From Adineta vaga (Eukaryota > Animalia > Rotifera), in contig CP075492.1 of assembly GCA_021613535.1 (NCBI GenBank), positions 8,197,653-8,261,652 of the forward strand: 64,000 nucleotides of DNA, read 5' to 3'. Position numbers and translations under genes: made by a program. Positions 56,501-64,000 of this stretch are shown piece after piece. Position 1 is the stretch's first letter. Each line of letters opens with the position of its first letter. The notes under the pieces are model-generated. The model was not told the DNA's origin. It did no database searches and worked only from the letters and a program-made list of their open reading frames with translations.

Positions 56501-58919
56501 TGGTCTATCATTTGCGATCATTGCCATTTCGATTCTTTTCATCATTGCACGAGGCATTGAATTTGGTGATGTCAAAACTCAACAATGGTTAACATCTGTT
56601 CTTACTGGATTCTTCTCATCGATTCTTCTTACTCAACCAATCAAAGTACATAGCCTATCTCTCTCATATTTCATTTGCATTCGTTCATACATATATGTTT
56701 GATTTGATGTAGATCTTGTGTTTAGCAGTATTTTTTGCACTGTTTTGTCGAAATTCGACAAATGACAAAGAAGCAAGTGAATACATTGATGATGATCGAA
56801 TTGAATTCGATGATACTGGTGATAATGATCTGCATGGAAGTGAAGTATGTTATTAGGGATGAATGAGAGATGTTGTTCTTGATGTTCTGTTTAGAATCAT
56901 GGTATATTTAATCCACAAACGATGAAAAGTGCCAAACGACTGAATGAAAATGAGATCAGAGATGCACGTGAACAACGTCTAAAAGAAATGCAAATGTGGT
57001 CAATAATTCGTGAATTTCTCATCTATGTCATCTTTGCAACATTGATCTTTGTGATCACATATGGAAATCGTGAAGCAAATAGTTTTCATCAAGTGAATCA
57101 TCTTCGTAGTTATTTGTTCAATACAAGACAAAGTACTGTTGATTATACAAAGGTTTGTTGATGATGACTTTTTCTTTTCTTATTCTGTAATGATTTGAAA
57201 ATGTTAATTTTAGATTTTGACAATTGAACAATATTGGAATTGGTTAGAGAATAGTTTTGTTGATAATCTTCGTGCACAACAATGGTACAATGGTGATGCA
57301 GCACGATATTTGAATGGATATTTGAATGATAAATCGAATCGATTGATTGGTTGGGCAATGATGAGACAACTTCGTATCAAAACAGAATTATGTGATGATC
57401 AACGTCTTATGATGAGATGTGAACATAGTTATAGTATATTTAATGAAGATAAACGATCATTTGAACCAGGATGGATAAATGAAACTACAATGGTGATGAT
57501 GAGTGGAGGAAATTATAGTTCATCAATAATGAAAGCATTTCGATATCGTTCAAGTGATGAGTTAGATACGTATGCTTATGTTGGTGAACATGAAACATAT
57601 CGAGGTGGTGGTTATGTTTATGAATTTCGTGGAAGTTTATCTGATATGAAAAAGAATCTTTCTCAACTTCATCAATTAGAATGGATTGATAGTAAGACAA
57701 GAGCTGTATTTATTCAAATGACTTTATATAATCCAAATGTGAAATTATTAACATCAGTGACATTATTAACTGAATTCTTATTAACAGGTGGAGTATTTCC
57801 ATCAGCTCGTTTTGATCCAATTAATTTCTATAGTAAGTATTTTCTCATTATTGTTTGTAATTGAAAAGAGAAGAGAATGCAATTTGAATATTTGTATTTA
57901 GCATTTACATCAGTATTACAAATTGTTTGTACAATATTGTATATGTTATTTATAATTTATTTCATGAAAGTTGAGATTCAATCAGTAATTCAATTGAAAA
58001 CTCGATATTTTCGTCAATTTTGGTCAATAATTCAAATAGGAATCATTGTTTCTTCGTGGACAAGTGTTGGAGTTTATATTTGGCGTTTTCGAGAAAGTGC
58101 TCGTGTCAGTAATTTATTTGAAAAGACAAATGGTTATGTTTATATAAATTTACAACTTGCAGCATATGTAAATGATATTTTAACATATTTACTTGGTTAT
58201 TGTTGTTTTTTTGGAATGATAAAATTTGTTCATTTCTTTCGTTTTAATCATCGTGTATCATTATTTACTGAAACACTTCGAATAGCTGCGAATGAATTAA
58301 TTCAATTCTTTCTAATGTTTTCAATTGTATATATGTCATATTTGACTTTATTTTATCTTTTATTTGTTTCAAAACTTTCGTCCTGTTCAAGTTTGTTAAG
58401 TACAGCACAAATGTTATTTGAAATTACATTGATGAAATTTGATGCGACTGAATTGATTGAAGCCGGTGCATTTCTTGGTCCATTTTGTTTTACATTATTT
58501 ATTTTTGTGGTTGTATTTGTTTGTTTGAGTATGTTTCTTTCGATTATCAATGATAGTTTTCGTCGAGCCAAAGAGACAAGAATTGAAGATCAAATAATTT
58601 TATCATTTATGTGGAAGAAGTTTATACAATATACAGGTAAAAGTGTTTATTGAAGAGAGAGAGAAACGATTGATTGTTTTAGGTTTGCGAAAGCCCAGTC
58701 CATCGGAAGTTTATGCTGAACGAGATCGTCGAATGCGTTCATTATTTTTTGATCCAATCGAACATTTTCCTAGGAAAATCGATGAATTGTTAGCAGCAAT
58801 TGACAGGGTATGTAAAGCTGATTGTTTTATAAAGAATATATTGTTTTGTTTATAGATTTATATGGATCAGAGAGCGGAATTTTCCAGACTGAGAAGTGCA
58901 GGTGTTTGAAGAATTGCAT
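44555..58919 (+). CDS. Polycystin-1/REJ-family receptor-channel gene with a novel ectodomain: signal peptide, 4 NHL beta-propeller modules, S/T mucin repeat, REJ, GPS/GAIN, TM1, PLAT/LH2, polycystin domain, TRPP-type 6TM channel; >30 exons
   Basis: Signal exon 44555-44617 (MARFDHLTFWCFLLIIDGAV). All exon joins between the NHL modules, S/T linker and mucin exon are phase 1 and keep a single reading frame. GPS motif CLSNHLTTFAGG. PLAT blocks YQILVFTGQRTNAGTESK and SWYLKYIIVRDLET...YFIAQRWLAVEQDDGR. Channel region in ORFs 57217..57864 and 57877..58653 with a pore-like FLGPFCFTLFIFVVVF. Stop at 58917-58919. Confidence 0.8.
44818..45700 (+). other. NHL-propeller module 1 (single exon, phase 1-1)
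   Basis: Six NHL-like blades with repeated YGIFVD..N.VYVAD..N.RIQ and DGYLFIVDSGNHRIVGSG motifs. Acceptor CCAG at 44817 and donor GTAAGT at 45701. Confidence 0.75.
46646..47526 (+). other. NHL-propeller module 2 (single exon, phase 1-1)
   Basis: ISYNQPKFSP...FGIFVDKNNTVYVANRGDNKIQIW...DGYLFILDSSNHRIVGSGPNGFRC. Acceptor TTATAG at 46645 and donor GTAAGT at 47527. Confidence 0.75.
47742..48629 (+). other. NHL-propeller module 3 (single exon, phase 1-1)
   Basis: FSFNQPKFCP...CGNDRIQMF...NGYLFVTDNYNNRLIGSGPYGFRC. Acceptor CTAG at 47741 and donor GTGAGT at 48630. Confidence 0.75.
48704..49598 (+). other. NHL-propeller module 4 (single exon, phase 1-1)
   Basis: ISYNQPNFCS...CGNDRIQRM...SGYLFIVDSYNHRIIGSGPYGFRC. 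Acceptor CTAG at 48703 and donor GTAAGT at 49599. Confidence 0.75.
49731..50484 (+). repeat. Mucin-like Ser/Thr-rich exon containing a ~45-nt tandem repeat (about 10 copies, 49850-50460); coding, in frame with the NHL modules
   Basis: Near-identical repeats TCCACTAGTACTTCTACCACCACGTCCAGTACATCCACTTCAACG translate to TSTSTSTTTSSTS. Alternative-frame ORFs 49836..50492 (+) and 49747..50502 (-) are repeat artefacts. Confidence 0.8.
50694..51157 (+). other. REJ (receptor-for-egg-jelly) domain exon of the polycystin-1-like gene
   Basis: ORF 50738..51205 with a REJ-like CxxxxC pattern. Region continues in exons 51381-51520, 51588-51780, 51830-52085 and 52105-52375 (CRW..C, WTLFDQ, N-glycosylation-rich). 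Confidence 0.6.
54817..54845. repeat. (GAT)n microsatellite in an intron of the PKD-like gene
   Basis: Run gatgatgatgatgatgatgatgatg directly after a GTAAGT donor at 54811. It produces the spurious poly-Met end of ORF 54538..54852. Confidence 0.75.
54913..55140 (+). other. GPS autoproteolysis motif (HL^T) and first transmembrane helix
   Basis: TNHYETECLSNHLTTFAGGFIVLPAPINWSYVF, then hydrophobic VYLTMICTSVLYIILMIYG, then basic RFKDKKDIEK. The preceding exon supplies CNFTSNYELRIYTSGCYYLDENNNWKSEGL, which is GAIN subdomain B. Confidence 0.7.
55188..55720 (+). other. PLAT/LH2 domain (3 exons)
   Basis: YQILVFTGQRTNAGTESK / GDEDQTEIRAL...RGGIDAFVMAVPK / LNYIRIWHDNSGAGSSASWYLKYIIVRDLETMEKFYFIAQRWLAVEQDDGR match the polycystin-1 PLAT domain. 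Confidence 0.7.
56355..56380. repeat. (TA)n microsatellite in an intron of the PKD-like gene
   Basis: Run atatatatatatatatatattatattta seen directly. Confidence 0.75.
57217..58653 (+). other. Polycystin (TRPP) extracellular domain plus 6TM cation-channel region
   Basis: ORF 57217..57864 (IEQYWNWLENSFVDNLRAQQWYNGD...) is polycystin-domain-like. ORF 57877..58653 has six hydrophobic helices and a pore-loop-like ITLMKFDATELIEAGAFLGPFCFTLF. Confidence 0.7.
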
Positions 58920-59512
58920 TTGATGATTACCGGTGAAAAAGAACTGAAATTTTTCATATGAAATGTTTTCCAAATATTTTAAATACATATGTTTCGAGGA
59001 ACTCTCGATTAATATAAGTGTTGCTTTGCTTTAATCTAAACTTTGACGGACGTTTTAAATTAAAATGAAGTTTTGGGACACAGTAAAATATATTATCCTT
59101 GTTTCATATTATCCTTTATTTTCGGTTTTGAAAGTATGTTAAATTCGATTGAGAATAAAGATATTATACATTTCGGATAGTAACACTAGGTGAGAAACTT
59201 TGCACTTTAAAATGAATTGTTAAGTTAAGACAAGACAAGGTAAGAAAAAATTTGATTTTCCTTGAAATAGTTTTCTCTTCCTATAAAGATGTGCATATCT
59301 AAGTTATATGATTCAAAGTGCATAAATGCATTAAATTGTTCTTTTTATTCTTTCCTCCATCAAACATTCAAAATCCATATATTACCATGATTCATTGTTA
59401 TCCTCATAATAACTATTCTAATATTCTCAATCAACATAGTCATATACATTTATTTTAAGAGTACGACTAGAATCATTGAAAAACGCCGATAAAGCTAAAA
59501 ACAAGTCAAATA

Positions 59513-62500
59513 TGAGTTCACCTCCAGTTTCAAGTAGTATTGGTGGCTCACGTCGAGCACGTTATTCACGTTCGCCATCAAGTGGTGGTGTCCCACCTTC
59601 AAAACGATCAAAACCATCAAATTCAGGTGATGTTGGTAGTAGTAATGATCAACAGAGACTTTATTCATCGATTTGTGTTAAAAATATCAATCCGAAAATA
59701 CCTGATCTTGGTAAATAACTTATTGAAAAAATAGGAATGATGGAATTAAACGTATTTTTTTCTCCTTGTAGAAGTTCGAGAATTGTGCGCGAAGAAGTTT
59801 ACTAAATATGGTCAAAATTCAGTGAAAATCTATTATCGAAATCAAGAACGTGTTGCTTTTGTCAATTTTACAAATTGTGAAGATGCAAGAAGAGCACGCC
59901 ATGCGAAAACAGGCCTTGTTTGGGAAAATATCCAAGTTGTACTTGAACCGTAAGATTCTTTCTTCCAAAAAAAGTCATTTATTGTAAATGCACCTCTTTT
60001 TTCTCGTTTAGTGTTTACTATCGTCGAACGGTTCCAGCAGAACAACCAATAAACCCTTCAAGTCCACGTGATCGTTCTCCACCATCACCAAAACGTCGTC
60101 CTCGTCGTCCTTCACCAAGTCCACCACCAGTTAGTTCACGAAGTCGACCACATCATACCTCTTCACCGCCTCGTTCACGTCGACATTATTCACCTTATAT
60201 TCCATTACCACCTGATCTAGCTGATTATGCTAGTACAAAATCAAGTCGACATCGACAGGCTTCATCACCATCACCTCCACCACAACCACGACGACGTTCG
60301 CGAAGTCGTTCAATGTCAACATCACCGGTAGCACATAAAAGTCGAGGAAAATCGGATGATCTTGCTATTAATCGAGGTGAATCAAATGTTCAACATGAAC
60401 CAACACGTACTTTATTTGTTGGTAATCTTGAACGAGATGTGCGAGAATCGAAATTGAGAGAAGTTTTCGGTCGTTATGGAACTATCGAAGAAAGTATGTT
60501 TGAAAACGAGATTTAAAAAAAAACATTGTTAATTATGTTTCTATATTTAGTCGATTTAAAAGTTCCTCAATCATCATCAAAACGTGCATATGCTTTTATT
60601 CAATATGAAAATATGGATATGGCTTATGAAGCACGACGTGCTATGGATGGACATTTTATTGGCAAAGCCGATTGTAAGATTGGATATGGTATGTAAAATG
60701 AAATGTTTCCGTTTTTAATTGAATGCTTTCACGAGTGTGGCTTGCTTATCGTGGCTTTCTATAATACATATTTATTAAGTATGATATGCTTAATAATGCC
60801 CATATATCTTCTTTTTTCTTACTCTTGTCTGTTTTTCACCTATATCAATCTTATATTTTAGAAATTGCGATTTAAAATTTATATTTATTGTGTTACATAT
60901 ACACAATCTTAATTTGGCGTATTATAGCCATGATGCATTTGCGTTTGAGAGATCCTCACATTAAATATAAGAAAAGCAGAACAGTATTCGTATAGGAAAG
61001 GAATCATATATAAAGTTTAATATATTTGATGATAAAATGCTGATTAATTTGCAATTGATACATCTATACATATGCATAAACATTTGATAAAAGAAACAAA
61101 ATGTCATAGAGATACAAATTGGGTCAAAATATTTGCATTATCTTATCAATGATATAATGTCATTCATTTACATGTGTATATATATAAATTCAATTTCGGC
61201 CTATCCCATATTCTTTCATTTTCTTCTTTCTAAAAGTCTTGCGTTCATCTTCCTCTCTATTTCGTTTGGTGATGACATTTCTGATAATAAAAGAAGTCTA
61301 ATGTTAATGTATTTATTAATTCGATTATATCATTTGGCCGATATACATATATACTTTTACTATATGTTGATAGAAACATTTTTGTTCTTTTCATTTATTA
61401 ATATTCATACATATTAAAATGATATTGATTACAATGATAGAGAGTTTGCAAAATTCTTCTTTTTGTTTCTCTTTAATTTTACATCATGTTGGTCAATGTG
61501 ATACATGAATTTATATGTCCATATCAATTATATGTATATATTTCAGGCAAAATTGTACCAACCGGTTGTCTTTGGATAGGCAATATACCAATGGATATGA
61601 AACGACGTGATCTTGAACAAGCATTAACACGTTATGGACAATTGAAATCATTCGATTATTCTAATGGTGATCCGATAGCTGTTGTTTCTTATGATGAAAT
61701 TGAACATGCAATAGCTGCACGTTTAAAATTAACAGGTGTTACACAAATCATTGATGGACGAAAAGTACGATCTGAAGCGGATCCATCCGATTTAGTACGT
61801 CGAGGTAAAATCATAGAAGAAAATTATAATACATTTGAAATGAAATTATTCTTTTCTATTTTAGCTGGCCTTCGTATTGATTATCTCGATCGACCAACAG
61901 CTCGTCGGTTTGTTATTGTCCGTCCACAGGATAATACTGTCAAACAGCGCACTTCCCGATCATCATCGGCGTCTTCTGCGTCATCAGCACGTTCTCGATC
62001 ATCAAAAGACCGTGCTCGATCAGTCTCACATGATGATGAACAAGATATGAATACAAATAAAAATTTCAAAAGGCAATCACATTCACGTTCACCAGTCTCA
62101 CCACCATTACCACCACCACCAGCTAAACGACGCAGTCCAAGTCCACCGGCAGCTGGTCAAACATTTTACAGTCCATATGGTTCATATTTATCATCCGATG
62201 ACACAAATAATATTAACAATGTCAATGAATTAATGACATTATGTGAAAAATTAAATACAAAATCGAAAAACAATGTATCCACTGCTTATTCTGTTCAATT
62301 TATACTCAAAACACATGCATATGATGCACGCATGCATTTTCTCGCTGGAAATCCAAATCTTGCTAACGATATTCTTGGTAAACGGATTTAGAATATAATT
62401 TTGTTTCTATTAAATTTTTCTAGGTCAGTCAAATAATCAAACAGATAATAAAACAGAATTAAAAGTGACTCAACGACTTCGTCTTGATGAAAATCGATTT

Positions 62501-63085
62501 AATGAAGTAGAGAAAAAAATTCGTACAAAGGTTAATAATGCATTATCAAATGCAAATGGTCAATCATCATCATCTAGTAGTCGAAAACAGACAAATCCAG
62601 CAAATCAAACGAATTTTGCAATTTTGATCACTTCACCAACAGCACATATGATTAATATGAATTCAAATTCTTTAAAGCAACGTAAATCGAATGGTAAAGG
62701 AAGGTCACCTAATCATCCATCGTCATCCGATGAAATTGATGATCGTTCGCAATTAAAAAGAGATATGGCTAATGACGATGATGATTCATCAGTTTCTCAC
62801 TTAATCTCCTATCTCGCTACGTGAGTATATTAATTTATTGAAATGATGAAAAACTTAATTTTTTTCTTTTTCAGAAAAGAAGCCGCTGGTGTTGTATCGG
62901 TTTCATCCAATTCTCATGATCGAGAAGCAACTGTTTTAAATGTATTTCCTCCGTGTTTACTTACTAAAAAACTTCTTCGAGTTATTTGTCCATCAATTAG
63001 TTTTTCTAATGGTCCACGTACACCACCATCACGTCCAACAATGACAAATGATGAACATCTCGTTGTTATTATCAATCGTGATTAA
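59513..63085 (+). CDS. RBM15/Spenito-like RNA-binding protein: 3 RRMs, RS/SP-rich linkers, C-terminal SPOC domain; about 9 exons including one 855-nt intron (60690-61545)
   Basis: RRM1 VAFVNFTNCEDARRARHAKTG. RRM2 RTLFVGNLERDVRESKLREVFGRYGTIEE plus AYAFIQYENMDMAYEARRAMDG. RRM3 CLWIGNIPMDMKRRDLEQALTRYGQLKSF. SPOC blocks YSVQFILKTHAYDARMHFLAGN, VTQRLRLDENRFNEVEKKI and AAGVVSV...ATVLNVFPPC. Arg/Ser and Ser/Pro dipeptide-rich linkers. Confidence 0.75.
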
Positions 63086-64000
63086 ACAGATGAATTTTCT
63101 CTGTTAAGAACAGTACATAGATGAAATTCTATTTGATCAAATACATATATTCAATTGTTTCTTTTCAACATACAAAACATTGTAACCGAGAATAAAAAAC
63201 ATCATTGATTATTCCGACTTCTTCTCGAAGTTTTTCTTAGGCTTTGTACATTTTCTTTGTTTATTTGCTTGGCTTATTTGTCTAGTTTACACACATGGTT
63301 AACAGCACAAACTAATCTTGTTTGTATTTGTTTTACGCGCACATTCGCGTAGTGTATTGTATTGTATGCTTAATCATGTTTCTTCTTGTTTTTCTTTTTT
63401 CTTTTACACTTAAACATGAAAAATTCGAATCTATACTTGATATTATTCGTTAACTTACGTATCAAATGAAAAAGAAATCAATCAAAATTGAAACAACATT
63501 TCTTGAACTATGAGAACGTTTTTCAATAAAAGTGAAGTACTCAAGATTTCAAAGTAATTAAAAACAGATTAATTGATATTTCTATTCTTAACTAAGTTGT
63601 CTGGACTTTGAAAAGTTTATAACATTGAATTAGTGTCTCAGATTTAAATTACTGTTTCTTTCTATCATGTCAACGATTCGAAGATTATAAAAAAAATTCC
63701 AGGAAAAACAATGAGAATTTTTGTAGAACTCATATCGACATTTCTATTTAATAACAAAAAGACTTAATTAGTTTTCATGTCCAATAAAAAAGCTGAGATA
63801 TGTGGATCAGTAGAATTGTTGTATTTTCAAAGTACTTGTTTCTCCTGATTACAAAACAGAACTCACAAAGCTGTGAAAAAATAGATTTTTATTGAATTTC
63901 TTCAACATAGAATATCATTTGTAATGATTTGAAAAATCAATCAACATGAATTGACATCGGTAATCTCAAGAGATCGTTTTATTGAGCAATATTTTTATCA

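Overview
This window is eukaryotic, not prokaryotic. It is an AT-rich, very gene-dense metazoan-type segment with about 20 protein-coding genes, all interrupted by short GT-AG introns of typically 45-65 nt (a few of about 34 nt and a few of 0.4-0.9 kb). I could see no rRNA genes, CRISPR arrays or bacterial-style operons, and I did not scan for tRNAs. Gene models were built by hand from the ORF track, splice-site motifs and conserved protein motifs; exon boundaries are approximate to within a few nt unless stated. Genes recognised: two paralogous orphan class-A GPCRs plus a decayed GPCR exon relic; an Ig-domain membrane protein; RNA polymerase II subunit RPB2, which carries an apparent +1 frameshift; an EF-hand-containing type-II NADH dehydrogenase (NDH-2); LSm1; a PAN2-like gene truncated after the WD40/linker region; CRIPT; HINT; an ACE-like M2 peptidase; Disabled (Dab, PTB domain); sulfite oxidase; an SLC35/TPT transporter; two convergently arranged major vault protein (MVP) paralogs; a SUN-domain nuclear-envelope protein; an exostosin-like GT47 glycosyltransferase; and an RBM15/Spenito-like protein with three RRMs and a SPOC domain. 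The most striking element is a 14.4 kb polycystin-1/REJ-family gene (44555-58919) whose ectodomain starts with four tandem six-bladed NHL propeller modules, each encoded by one ~0.9 kb phase-1 exon, then a mucin-like S/T tandem repeat, a REJ domain, a GPS/GAIN site (HL^T), PLAT and a TRPP-type channel. A second notable structure is a co-directional run of five tightly spaced genes (NDH-2, LSm1, PAN2-like, CRIPT, HINT) with 68-560 bp spacers and acceptor-like motifs just before several start codons, which suggests polycistronic or SL-trans-spliced organisation. Gene content (MVP, NDH-2 and PKD-REJ present) together with ~50-nt introns argues against a nematode or arthropod; a compact AT-rich invertebrate such as a rotifer or flatworm is a low-confidence guess.
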